Notes: generated by a model not told the origin, from the sequence alone. A stretch of 64,000 nucleotides of DNA from Candidatus Pacearchaeota archaeon (GCA_035362275.1 DAOSDI010000002.1:2232-66231), one strand, 5' to 3'. Numbered from the stretch's first letter, positions 33,437 through 42,542 are shown. Program-made: numbers and translations.

Positions 33437-34735
33437 TTATTTTTTATAATCGATTAAAAGCCACTTCCACAAAGGAATTTTTATCACTTTTTTGCCGTCA
33501 ATTTTTTCTACCCCTTCTTCATCGTCCGTAATAATCAATAAATTATCGCATTTCAATTCATCAGAAGCCAAAACAAGCGCTTTTATTTCCCTTTCTTTTG
33601 GTCCCATGGCGTCTAATTTATGGCAAACTTGAATAAGTTGCGTTATTTTGTTTTTATTTTTTACGGCAAAATCAACCTCCTTGCCGGAATAATCGCTCCA
33701 ATAAAATATTTTTGATTTTTCTTGCCAATAATTCTTCCGCCTTCTAAGATCAATCGCCACCGCGTTTTCCATGATCCGACCGAAATTATCCGAAAAATTA
33801 ACCGCAACTTCGTTGATCATTCCCGTATCAATCGCGTAAACTTTTTTGGAGGTGATATACCTTTGTTTCAATTTATACGAAAATTTTTCAAAAACAAAAA
33901 TTAAAAAAACCGAACTCAAATAATCAATGTAGTTTTTAACCGTATGCACGTCCTTGATGGAAAAAACATGCCCCAACTTGCGATAGTTCAAGCCACCGGC
34001 AAAATTGGAAACAACATAATTGGCCATTTCGCGAAAAGTTTTTTTATTTTTCACGCCATAACGCAATAAAATATCCTTGATAATAACATCTTCATAAATC
34101 CTACCGGCAATCGCCGCGCCAAATTTAAACGTTTCAGGAAATCCTCCACAGTTAAGGTATTCAGTTAAATTTTTCTTTATTCGTGAAATTTTTTTTGTTG
34201 AATAAAAATCATTTTTTTCAATCACAATACCTCTAAAATCCAAAAATTCGCGAAAAGAAAACGGGTATAAGACAAATTCAAAATAACGTCCGGTAAGATG
34301 CGTCGCCAATTCTTCCGACAACAGATTAGCATTTGAACCGGTAATAATTATTTTCTTGGTTCGCCGCAAGCGATTGGCAAACAACTCCCATCCGGAAATA
34401 TTTTGTATCTCATCAAAAATAAAATGCTCAATATCTTGCCCGTAAAGTTCGTAAAACGCCCGCAATGCAACGTCAAAATCATCAGCGCAAAATCCAGCCA
34501 GCCGTTCGTCGTCAAAATTCAGATAACCGGCTCTCTTGTCCCTCAAAATAAACGTAGCCAATGTTGATTTTCCGCTTCTCCTTGGCCCGGTGATCAAAAG
34601 AATATTGGGCTTGGCCAAAAAATTTTGCAATCGCGTAAAATCTATTTCCCGCTTTATTATTTTTTCGCGCCGATAAATTTCTTCTATTTCTTCTTTTTGA
34701 TCGACGATTATCTTTTTAATTTTCTCAATATCCAT
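33437..34735 (-). CDS. AAA+ ATPase, COG1373 family (AAA_14 plus DUF4143-like)
   Basis: Walker A GPRRSGKSTLATF and Walker B FIFDEIQN. The C-terminus has GKEVDFAV...LIQVC. I prefer the ATG at 34735 (MDIEKIKK) because a perfect palindrome lies just upstream; the alternative ATG is at 34783. Confidence 0.75.
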   Translation of the reverse strand: MDIEKIKKIIVDQKEEIEEIYRREKIIKREIDFTRLQNFLAKPNILLITGPRRSGKSTLATFILRDKRAGYLNFDDERLAGFCADDFDVALRAFYELYGQDIEHFIFDEIQNISGWELFANRLRRTKKIIITGSNANLLSEELATHLTGRYFEFVLYPFSFREFLDFRGIVIEKNDFYSTKKISRIKKNLTEYLNCGGFPETFKFGAAIAGRIYEDVIIKDILLRYGVKNKKTFREMANYVVSNFAGGLNYRKLGHVFSIKDVHTVKNYIDYLSSVFLIFVFEKFSYKLKQRYITSKKVYAIDTGMINEVAVNFSDNFGRIMENAVAIDLRRRKNYWQEKSKIFYWSDYSGKEVDFAVKNKNKITQLIQVCHKLDAMGPKEREIKALVLASDELKCDNLLIITDDEEGVEKIDGKKVIKIPLWKWLLIDYKK

Positions 34736-34743
34736 ATTCGTAT

Positions 34744-34770
34744 TCACATATTTTATATTAAAATATGTGA
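34744..34770. promoter_or_regulatory. Perfect 12-3-12 palindrome upstream of the AAA ATPase gene (operator candidate)
   Basis: TCACATATTTTA-TAT-TAAAATATGTGA lies 9 nt upstream of the ATG at 34735. Confidence 0.35.
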
Positions 34771-34871
34771 TTACTAACAACATATTTTAAACTATCACGG
34801 ACGGCCACGAATTGTCAACATCAATCCTTAAACCTGTTAGAAACAGGTTCATTATTTTTATAAATGATTTT

Positions 34872-34916
34872 TATTCATCCGCCGGAATATCCCGGAAATT
34901 TGCTCCGGCGTGGTTT
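34872..34916 (-). repeat. Degenerate copy of the CCCCGRGGYATTCTGGCRR family
   Basis: The minus strand reads CCGGAGCAAATTTCCGGGATATTCCGGCGGATGAATAAAAATC. Compare CCGGGGCAAAGCCCCGGGGTATTCTGGCGGATGAGTAAATAAATG at comEC. Confidence 0.5.
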
Positions 34917-34989
34917 ATTTTTTTTCGCCAAACGCCAACGGCAAAAAACGGAAGGGTTTTGCTTCCGCCGCGCAGGAGACGCGTGCCAG

Positions 34990-35625
34990 TCACGCGCCGC
35001 CAATTCGGATTGAATTGATAATTTCACGGATTTTGTCGTTTTCGCCACTGGCGGAATCGCCATAGCCGGCAAAAACATAAACAAAATAGTCGCCCGCCTC
35101 AAACAGGTAGAGCGGACCGGCGCAGGCGCCGGTTAACGCCAATGTGGGACCGCCGTGATCCACTTGGAAAACTTTCTTGGAACCCGAATCAATTTCGGCC
35201 ACCAGCGGAGAAACGGAAAAATCGCGCACCATCATAAAATCCTCGTAAAGCTGAACCACCAAACCGTCTCCCCGGCCGTCAAGCGGTTTTTCCGCCGCCA
35301 GTATCCGCAAGTCAATGCATTCGGAATCGCACTTTCCGGGCGCGCCGGCGCATTTTTTGTTGTCCATTTCCGCGGAAAAGATGCCCGGAGCGTAATGATC
35401 GTAATCCGCAACCAAATTCCAACTTGACGGATAAGCAAAAGAAATTCCGAGAGTATTTTCGCGGAAATCTTTCCATTCCGCACCGAAAAACGGCTGGCTT
35501 TGCGCTTGCCTGACCAACAGAAAAATCGCGGCGGCCACCAACACCAAAAACACGGCACCGGCGGCAATCGTTTTTTTGCGGCAATCACACCCTAAACATT
35601 CTTTTTTTGAATCGCAATCTTTCAT
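34990..35625 (-). CDS. Membrane-anchored hypothetical protein with a Cys-rich cytoplasmic N-terminus, distant paralog-family member
   Basis: MKDCDSKKECLGCDCRKK, then a TM anchor, then WKDFRENTLGISFAYPSSW. Confidence 0.5.
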   Translation of the reverse strand: MKDCDSKKECLGCDCRKKTIAAGAVFLVLVAAAIFLLVRQAQSQPFFGAEWKDFRENTLGISFAYPSSWNLVADYDHYAPGIFSAEMDNKKCAGAPGKCDSECIDLRILAAEKPLDGRGDGLVVQLYEDFMMVRDFSVSPLVAEIDSGSKKVFQVDHGGPTLALTGACAGPLYLFEAGDYFVYVFAGYGDSASGENDKIREIINSIRIGGA

Positions 35626-35700
35626 TCCTGCATTTTAACATATCGCCGCTTTGAATCAATTCTTGCCAAATTCATTGTTTGTTGTGCCGCTCGGATCAGA

Positions 35701-37071
35701 TCAACGGCTTGAATCCATTTTGTTTTTCAAATAATCTTTGAAAATCTTATTTTGTTCGTTTCTCAAATTATTTGAAAAACAAACAAAATGATAAGGTGCC
35801 TTTCCGCAACCTATATCATCGGCGGCAACTTGCAAATTATCGCAAAACTCCACCTTCAAGTCAGGCGAAGAATAATTTCCCCATCCCTCCCTTTCGCTGA
35901 CGCAAAAATGCTCATTTTTCACCGGGGAATATAAACACAGTTCGTCAATTCGCCCGGTGCAAGTTCCTCCATAATTATAACCGCCGTACGCAAACTCTTT
36001 AGCGCCGTCGCCATCAATATCTTTTGTCTCGGCGACGCTGACGCCTCTCCATCTGTCCTTGTCAAGCCGCCAGATCGTTGAAGTATCGCCGCGTCCGTCA
36101 GTCGATAATATTGACAATGCCGACCCCGCCATTCCTTCAATTATGCAACCGCCATAAGAAATTTTTGCGCCGGCAACATCATAATTGCTGTCTTCATTGA
36201 ATATTTTCCCTTGCCCCCCGCCGCAAAAATCAAAAGATTCAGGCAAAAGCTTGTACGGAGAGACAATCGGTTCCTGCCCTGAACTCACCTCGGTAAATTT
36301 GAAGGTGGAAATAATTTTATCCATAATCAGCTTGTCCTCATTGTTCGCGCCAATCGTCATTCCGGCCGCATAAAGATTCGGCGCTTGATCAATATAATAA
36401 TTCGTTTTATCGCAATCTTTTACCCTATCAACATATTTTAAAGCCGCACGCCCTCCGAAAATCATCGGCTCCAAAACGGGCATTGTTTCCGGCGCCGTGC
36501 CCCTTTCCGGGTTTTTAATGATGAAATTTACAAATTCCTTAAAATTTAAACCGCTATGTGATTGTCCCGTGCCGTCAACCCGCTTAATGCCGATTTGAAA
36601 CATTCCCGCCGCATATCCCGGCTGACATATGCTTTGCGATTCGTCCTCCGGCCCTTTCGCGCCATTTGAAAAATTAATTTGGATGGATGAACGGTTTTGG
36701 GAAGGAACATAATCGCCAAACGACCCGTCATCAAAAATCCACGATTGAGGATATTTGAATTCAAACCCATATTCCTCGTTGCGGTAGGTTTTCCAGCCGG
36801 CGGTATTAATGGATTCGGCTTGGCCGGATGCGATTTCGGCAGGTTCGGTTCCCGGCAATTTTTCCGATTCGGCGGCTTCGATCCCTGCCTCATCCGCGTT
36901 TGCCGCCGGCTCGTCCGCCGTGGTTTCGGTTTCTTGGACCGCGGGAACGGCTGGCGACGTTGGCTTGCCGATTTGCGTTTGGTAAAAATAAACCCCCGCG
37001 CCGGCCAAAACCGCCGCCGCGACTATCAGGGCAACCGCTACTGCCGCAAATCCGTTTTGATTTGATTTCAT
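35701..37071 (-). CDS. Membrane-anchored extracytoplasmic protein, paralog family (456 aa)
   Basis: N-terminus MKSNQNGFAAVAVALIVAAAVLAGAGVYFYQTQ, then WKTYRNEEYGFEFKYPQSW. The C-terminal part has the FG-GAP-like DIDGDGAKEF. Confidence 0.6.
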   Translation of the reverse strand: MKSNQNGFAAVAVALIVAAAVLAGAGVYFYQTQIGKPTSPAVPAVQETETTADEPAANADEAGIEAAESEKLPGTEPAEIASGQAESINTAGWKTYRNEEYGFEFKYPQSWIFDDGSFGDYVPSQNRSSIQINFSNGAKGPEDESQSICQPGYAAGMFQIGIKRVDGTGQSHSGLNFKEFVNFIIKNPERGTAPETMPVLEPMIFGGRAALKYVDRVKDCDKTNYYIDQAPNLYAAGMTIGANNEDKLIMDKIISTFKFTEVSSGQEPIVSPYKLLPESFDFCGGGQGKIFNEDSNYDVAGAKISYGGCIIEGMAGSALSILSTDGRGDTSTIWRLDKDRWRGVSVAETKDIDGDGAKEFAYGGYNYGGTCTGRIDELCLYSPVKNEHFCVSEREGWGNYSSPDLKVEFCDNLQVAADDIGCGKAPYHFVCFSNNLRNEQNKIFKDYLKNKMDSSR

Positions 37072-37133
37072 AGTTTTTTGGAAGATTGGATAATTGACAA
37101 ATCTTATCGCAATTTCGCCATATTTTACAAAAA

Positions 37134-38882
37134 TTATAAAGACAGAATTCGGTTTTTATCCGAGCATGCCGAATATTTGCTGTCAGCTACTGCATCTTCG
37201 GCACAAAATCCCAGAAGATCGGCATAAACTTGAGAATTTTGCAAATCGATTTTATAGCCGATAACGGCGCGATAACCCGTACCGCAAGCGCGGCAACCGG
37301 TGGTGATATCAAAAGTGAAAACCAGTTCACTGTTTTTATTCAATCCGATCCATTCGCCGTTGGAAAACGAAATTTCCCGGCCGGCCGGAAATTCTTTCGC
37401 CAAGCGGCCGCTGTCGCCAATTTTTGAAAAATCAGTCGCCATCAAATACCAGATATTTTCACCGGCATCATATAAAGCGAACTGATGATTGCTGTTCGCC
37501 GCCAGCGGGTTCAAAACATCAAGGACGGCATAATATCCGCTTTGATAATCGCCGTAGCCGATATAATTTGCCATCAATCCCCAATCGGATTGGCGCCAAA
37601 ATTCAATCGCGCCTTCGCCGGCGCCAAGTTTTTTCAACGCCGCGGCTTGACAGTCGGCGCCGCCGTCGGAACATCCTTGGATCTCGGCCCGCTGGCCGGC
37701 ATCCCAAGCAATATCAAAAATCGCCTCTGAACTGAAAACGCGTGAAAATTTTTTCGGAACGATTGCCGTTTCTTGCCGTTCTGCCGAATCGTTTTTTCCG
37801 GACGGCGGGGCTTCGATTTCGGACTGGTTCTGCGCCGCAGATTCGGTTTGCTCCGGCGCAGACACCATATCATATCTTATATCCGGCTCAATAAACTTGA
37901 ATGTGGCAACAATTTGATCCAAAAAAAACCCTCTCTTATCGTTTGACCCACCGGCAACGCTAAAATTAATCAATCTATCACCCCGCAAAAAATAAATTGA
38001 TTTGTATTTTCCAGCCATTCCGTTTTCTTCAATCTCAACCCCCCAAATATTATTTCCTTCAATTTTTTTCATATCACCGCCCGCAACCGCTTGTCCGTTA
38101 AGATAATCTGCAAAACTCATTCCTTGAAGTCTTTCCTCGGCGGATGAAAAATAAACTAGAGGAGAAATTCCTCCCTCAACTTGCGAACAAAACATTTTTT
38201 CTTTCTCGCTAACCAAATTCTGACAATCCATAAGATCGTCGGTGGAAAATCGAATACCATTATCAATTTCTTCAAGATGATAATACCCATCCGGATATTT
38301 AAACTCAAACCCCCATTCTTCATTGCGGTAGGTTTTCCAATCCGAAGTATTAACGGATTTATTTTCTTCAAGCTTGATCGTGGCGATGATCGGCTCAAAT
38401 ATTTTTAAAATTTCCTCGCTCCCGCTGTCCGTGTAAATAAAGTCTGAAATCAAAGAATTAAATTGGCATTTTGAATGGTTTTCGGAAGAATCGCAACTTA
38501 TTTGGTGGCCGCCAATCCCAATAAAATCAATCTCCTTTTTTGAAATATCGGGAAATATTTTTAAACTGATATTTTCGGAGACGCTTTCTTGCGCTTGCAA
38601 AGCCGCAGATTGGTAATATGTTTTTTCAACAATCCAATTTGCCGGATATTGGAATTCAAATCCTTTCCAACGATATATTTCCCAATTGGAAACATTGACG
38701 GTTTCAATTTGATCAGATGCAGTTTTGGTTTCCGTCTCTTGGGCTATCGGCGCCGGCACGGACGCAAATTTTTGCCCAACAATTTGCGTTTGCCAAACCC
38801 AAACTCCGGCGCCGGCCAAAACCGCCGCCGCGACTATCAGAACAACCGCTACTGCCGCAAATCCGTTTTGATTTTTTCTCAT
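37134..38882 (-). CDS. Membrane-anchored extracytoplasmic protein, paralog family (582 aa, motif duplicated)
   Basis: N-terminus MRKNQNGFAAVAVVLIVAAAVLAGAGVWVWQTQ. Two motif copies: WEIYRWKGFEFQYPANW and WKTYRNEEWGFEFKYPDGY. Confidence 0.6.
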   Translation of the reverse strand: MRKNQNGFAAVAVVLIVAAAVLAGAGVWVWQTQIVGQKFASVPAPIAQETETKTASDQIETVNVSNWEIYRWKGFEFQYPANWIVEKTYYQSAALQAQESVSENISLKIFPDISKKEIDFIGIGGHQISCDSSENHSKCQFNSLISDFIYTDSGSEEILKIFEPIIATIKLEENKSVNTSDWKTYRNEEWGFEFKYPDGYYHLEEIDNGIRFSTDDLMDCQNLVSEKEKMFCSQVEGGISPLVYFSSAEERLQGMSFADYLNGQAVAGGDMKKIEGNNIWGVEIEENGMAGKYKSIYFLRGDRLINFSVAGGSNDKRGFFLDQIVATFKFIEPDIRYDMVSAPEQTESAAQNQSEIEAPPSGKNDSAERQETAIVPKKFSRVFSSEAIFDIAWDAGQRAEIQGCSDGGADCQAAALKKLGAGEGAIEFWRQSDWGLMANYIGYGDYQSGYYAVLDVLNPLAANSNHQFALYDAGENIWYLMATDFSKIGDSGRLAKEFPAGREISFSNGEWIGLNKNSELVFTFDITTGCRACGTGYRAVIGYKIDLQNSQVYADLLGFCAEDAVADSKYSACSDKNRILSL

Positions 38883-39006
38883 TGATATTTTTAATTTAAA
38901 TTAGTTCATTCTAACAAATCAATGCCAAAAAAAACAGAGCTTCCCCTGTTTTCCATTCCCGTGCTTTCATGATTAAATGCTTGGCAAGGCGTATGGTTAT
39001 ATGGTT

Positions 39007-39483
39007 TTACGAAAGCGCCTCTTTCACCAGCTTTCCGACCAGGCCGCTGTCGGCTTTGCCCTTTATTTCGGGCATCAAAATTCCCATCACCTTACCCATG
39101 TCCTTGATCGTGGCCGCGCCGGCCTGCGCGACGGCGTCGGCGACAAGTTTTTTAATTTCATCCTCGCCAAGCTGGGCGGGCAGATAACGCATCAGGACTT
39201 CAATCTCTCCCTTGTTTTGCGCAACCAGATCGGCGCGGCCTCCCTGCTCAAACAGCGCGATGGCATCGCGAAGTTTTTTAACTTCGGTGGAGATCACGGC
39301 GATGATATCATCATCGGCAAGCGCCGCTTGAGCAATATCTTCGCCCGCCTTGCCGGCTTGGAATTGCTTTTCTTTTTCTTTGTTAAGAAGAGCGGCTTTA
39401 AGGTTCTTCAAAACCGCAAGCTCGCTTTTCCTCTTTTCCTTGAACGCCGCTTTGAAGTCTTCGTTGATTTTATCTTTTAGCAT
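39007..39483 (-). CDS. yqeY: GatB/YqeY domain protein
   Basis: MLKDKINEDFKAAFKEKRKSELAVLKNLKAALLNKE... is typical of the YqeY family. I use the ATG at 39483. Confidence 0.8.
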   Translation of the reverse strand: MLKDKINEDFKAAFKEKRKSELAVLKNLKAALLNKEKEKQFQAGKAGEDIAQAALADDDIIAVISTEVKKLRDAIALFEQGGRADLVAQNKGEIEVLMRYLPAQLGEDEIKKLVADAVAQAGAATIKDMGKVMGILMPEIKGKADSGLVGKLVKEALS

Positions 39484-39506
39484 TGTCAAAAGCAAAAAAT
39501 GCGCCG

Positions 39507-39722
39507 TTAAGCTTTGCGCATTTTTTTGATTAAATCGTATTTTTTCTTGGTTTCAATTTTGCGCAGGGCGGATTTTTTCTGCATATTGTCCGATTTTGTC
39601 CGCTTGGCAAACTGCCGCCGGCGCTTTTCCAGTAAAATGCCGCTTTGTTGCACCGCTTTTTGGAACCGGCGCATCATCGCTTGCGCGTTTTCGCGCTGTT
39701 TTCTTCTGATTTCCAAAGCCAT
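39507..39722 (-). CDS. rpsU: 30S ribosomal protein bS21
   Basis: 71-aa basic protein MALEIRRKQRENAQAMMRRFQKAVQQSGILLEKRRRQFAKRTK with the bS21 pattern. Confidence 0.85.
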   Translation of the reverse strand: MALEIRRKQRENAQAMMRRFQKAVQQSGILLEKRRRQFAKRTKSDNMQKKSALRKIETKKKYDLIKKMRKA

Positions 39723-39757
39723 AAGATTTATTAATTATAAGTTATAAATTATCAACT

Positions 39758-40099
39758 CTAGCCGGTGGCAAACGGCAATTCCTCGCCGCCCACCAAGTGA
39801 ACGTGCAGATGATCCACCGATTGGCCGGAATCTTTGCCGCAATTGATAATCAAGCGATAACCGGTTTTGTCCACGCCTTTGATCTTGGCAATCTCGGGAA
39901 CCGCCAGTAAAATCTGCAACAAACACTCCCCGTCCGGCGCTTCCGCCTCTTGAATGCTGGCAATGTGTTTCTTGGGAATGATTAACACGTGCACCGGATG
40001 CACCGGCTTGATATTTTCAAACGCCAGCACCCGGTCGTTTTCCCAAACCGTTGTTGCCGGAATCTTTTTGTTGATAATGTCGCAAAACACGCACTCCAT
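39758..40099 (-). CDS. HIT-family (histidine triad) nucleotide hydrolase
   Basis: CVFCDII... at the N-terminus and the histidine triad HLHVHLVGG. Confidence 0.9.
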   Translation of the reverse strand: MECVFCDIINKKIPATTVWENDRVLAFENIKPVHPVHVLIIPKKHIASIQEAEAPDGECLLQILLAVPEIAKIKGVDKTGYRLIINCGKDSGQSVDHLHVHLVGGEELPFATG

Positions 40100-40131
40100 A
40101 TATTTACCTCAATTTCAATTATTCGTCAACC

Positions 40132-41409
40132 TCACTTCCGCAGGCGTTTTTTCACCTCCGCCACCGCGGCGTCAAAATTCAAAATTTCTTGTTTGCCCGA
40201 TTCCATATCGCGCAGGATCACGGTGTTTTCAAGCGCCTCTTTCTGGCCCAAAAGCAACGCATACCGGGCGCCGTATTTGTCGGCGACCCTCAATTGGGAC
40301 TTCAACGAATCGCGGTCAAACGCCTCGCCGGTCGGAATTTGGGCGCGGCGCAATTCTTCAAAAAGCTTCAGCGATTTTTTCTTGCCCAGTCCGCCCAGTT
40401 GCGCCAGAAAAACCTTCACTTTCTTGTCCTTGCCAATTTCAACGTCCGCGGCTTTCATCGCCAAAACGACGCGGTCAACTCCCAAGCCGCCGCCAACCGC
40501 GAAAGTTTCCTTGCCGCCCATCATTTTAACCAGCGCGTCATAGCGGCCGCCGCCGGCCAACGCCACCGGCGCTTTTTCCCCCTCTCCTTCCCGGAACATT
40601 TCAAAGACCGTCCGCGTATAATAATCCAAACCGCGCACCAAATAAGGATTCAGACGATAGGGCAAGCCAAGCTCTTCCAGATACTCCAGAACTTCCTGGC
40701 AGTGCTTCTTGCATTCCTCGCAAAGATGATCCACCGCCTGTGGCGCCTGTGCTCTGACCGACTGACATTTCTCTTCTTTGCAGTCAAGCACTCTCAGCGG
40801 ATTTTCTTTCGCCCGGCGCCGGCAATCGGCGCAAAGAGAGTTCTGGCGGTTCCTCAGATAACCGGCCAGTGCCCGCCGATATTGCGGCCGGCAAACCGCG
40901 TCGCCGATGCTGTTGATTTCAATGGTGATGTCCTTTAAACCCAACTCGCGCAACAAATTGAAATATATTTGAATGATTTGCGCGTCAATGATCGCTCCCC
41001 CCTGGCCGATCGCTTCAAAACCCAATTGCCAAAACTGGCGGTAACGGCCGGCTTGAGGTTTTTCATAACGGAAAAACGGCCCCCAATACCAAAGCTTGAC
41101 CGGCGGCGGCCAATTGGCCATCCCGTGTTGCAAATAAGCGCGGACGACCGCCGGCGTCCCCTCGGGGCGTAACGCCACGTTGTCGTTCCCCTTGGTCTTG
41201 AAAACAAACATCTGTTTTTGCACAATCTCCGTGGTCGCGCCCGTGCCCCTGATGAAAAGATCGCTGTTTTCCAAAATCGGCGTTTCTATCCGCGAGAAAC
41301 CGTAAAAATCCGCGATCTCTTTGGCGGTTTCATAGATTTTTTCGTAATATTTCTGATCGTCGGGCAAAATATCATGCATGCCGGCGACGCTTTGGATTTT
41401 CGGTTTCAT
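40132..41409 (-). CDS. hisS: Histidine--tRNA ligase
   Basis: GMHDILPDDQ, class II motifs (FRYEKPQAGRYRQFWQLGFE and GGGRYDALV) and a C-terminal anticodon-binding domain. Confidence 0.95.
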   Translation of the reverse strand: MKPKIQSVAGMHDILPDDQKYYEKIYETAKEIADFYGFSRIETPILENSDLFIRGTGATTEIVQKQMFVFKTKGNDNVALRPEGTPAVVRAYLQHGMANWPPPVKLWYWGPFFRYEKPQAGRYRQFWQLGFEAIGQGGAIIDAQIIQIYFNLLRELGLKDITIEINSIGDAVCRPQYRRALAGYLRNRQNSLCADCRRRAKENPLRVLDCKEEKCQSVRAQAPQAVDHLCEECKKHCQEVLEYLEELGLPYRLNPYLVRGLDYYTRTVFEMFREGEGEKAPVALAGGGRYDALVKMMGGKETFAVGGGLGVDRVVLAMKAADVEIGKDKKVKVFLAQLGGLGKKKSLKLFEELRRAQIPTGEAFDRDSLKSQLRVADKYGARYALLLGQKEALENTVILRDMESGKQEILNFDAAVAEVKKRLRK

Positions 41410-41420
41410 AACAAAACAAA

Positions 41421-41996
41421 TTAGTAGCTGGGCGTCTGAATCCGCGTGATGCTATTGGGCGGCCAGAGGCGGACTTCCACCCGGCCGATGATGTTTCTTT
41501 GCGGCAACTCTCCCCAATCCTGCGAATCGGAAGAATAAGGCCGGTTATCCCCCAGCACAAAATACTCGCCGGATGACAAGGTTGCCGGCGGCATATCCGG
41601 CGCCTTTGATCCGGCCGGGATATAGGCCTCATCCAGCGTCCAACTTTTTTCCCCGGCGGTGATAATCACTTGTCCGCCGTTAATCTCCACCGTTTCTCCC
41701 GGCAAACCGATAATCCTTTTGATAAAACGCTTGGAAGCGTCCAGCGGATATTTGAAGACCACCACTTCCCCTCTTTCCGGTTCGCGAAAGCGATAGGAAA
41801 GCTCGTCAACGATCAGATAATCCGCCTCGTAAAAATTCGGCTCCATTGACGAACCCTGGATGACGAACGGCTGGAACAAAAAATAACGGATTGGCAACAC
41901 GATCGCCAGCGCCAAAATCACGATTTTGGCCACTTCCCAGATAAACTCACCCGCGTTTTGCAATGCTGAAGACATGCGATTTTTGGTTAATTTCAA
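41421..41996 (-). CDS. lepB: Signal peptidase I
   Basis: GSSMEPNF (catalytic Ser), RGEVVVFKYP, KRIIGLPGE (Lys box) and GDNRPYSSDS. Confidence 0.9.
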   Translation of the reverse strand: MKLTKNRMSSALQNAGEFIWEVAKIVILALAIVLPIRYFLFQPFVIQGSSMEPNFYEADYLIVDELSYRFREPERGEVVVFKYPLDASKRFIKRIIGLPGETVEINGGQVIITAGEKSWTLDEAYIPAGSKAPDMPPATLSSGEYFVLGDNRPYSSDSQDWGELPQRNIIGRVEVRLWPPNSITRIQTPSY

Positions 41997-42221
41997 TTGA
42001 TTTTAAACGAAAACATCTTTCATTATACCACAAAAATCCCCCTCCGCAAGAGCAAAATTGCATAGGTGTCACCTATGCAATTTACTCAAACGCTTCCCTG
42101 CTGCGCCACCCGCCCTCCGCAAAACTTCGCATTTTACTTCTATTTACTATTTAATTTTCTTTATGCCACCCCCCCCACAAAAAACGCCCCGCGTCAATCA
42201 AAGTTATTCGCGGATAATTTT

Positions 42222-42542
42222 TTATAAACTGAGCATTTTAAATAATTTGGCATTGGCTTTTGCCAGAATATCTTTCTCCAGTTTGCCGATTTTACCCAAA
42301 ATCAATGTTTGATCAAGTGTAACAATTTTATTTAACTTCAATATTGAGTCCGTTTTCAGCCCGTTTTCCTCGCTTTTGGGAATCGGCATATCGCAATCGC
42401 CGGCATTTTTGACGATTGAAGAAATAAAAATCACGATCAAATCATCGCGATAAACATGAAACACCAACGCCGGCCTTAATTTGGCACCACTCAAATCGGT
42501 GAACGGAAACGGAATTAAAACAATATCGCCCTTATTGAACAT
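42222..42542 (-). CDS. PemK/MazF-family toxin endoribonuclease
   Basis: MFNKGDIVLIPFPFTDLSGAKLRPALVF is the hallmark N-terminus of the PemK/MazF fold. I use the ATG at 42542. Confidence 0.75.
   Translation of the reverse strand: MFNKGDIVLIPFPFTDLSGAKLRPALVFHVYRDDLIVIFISSIVKNAGDCDMPIPKSEENGLKTDSILKLNKIVTLDQTLILGKIGKLEKDILAKANAKLFKMLSL

Noticed and set aside
35701-38882. N-termini M-x-x-NQNGFAAVAVALIV... as type IV pilin / pseudopilin signal sequences
   Set aside because: They lack the G/FTLIE-type cleavage motif and the conserved Glu at +5. They are more simply N-terminal signal-anchor helices.
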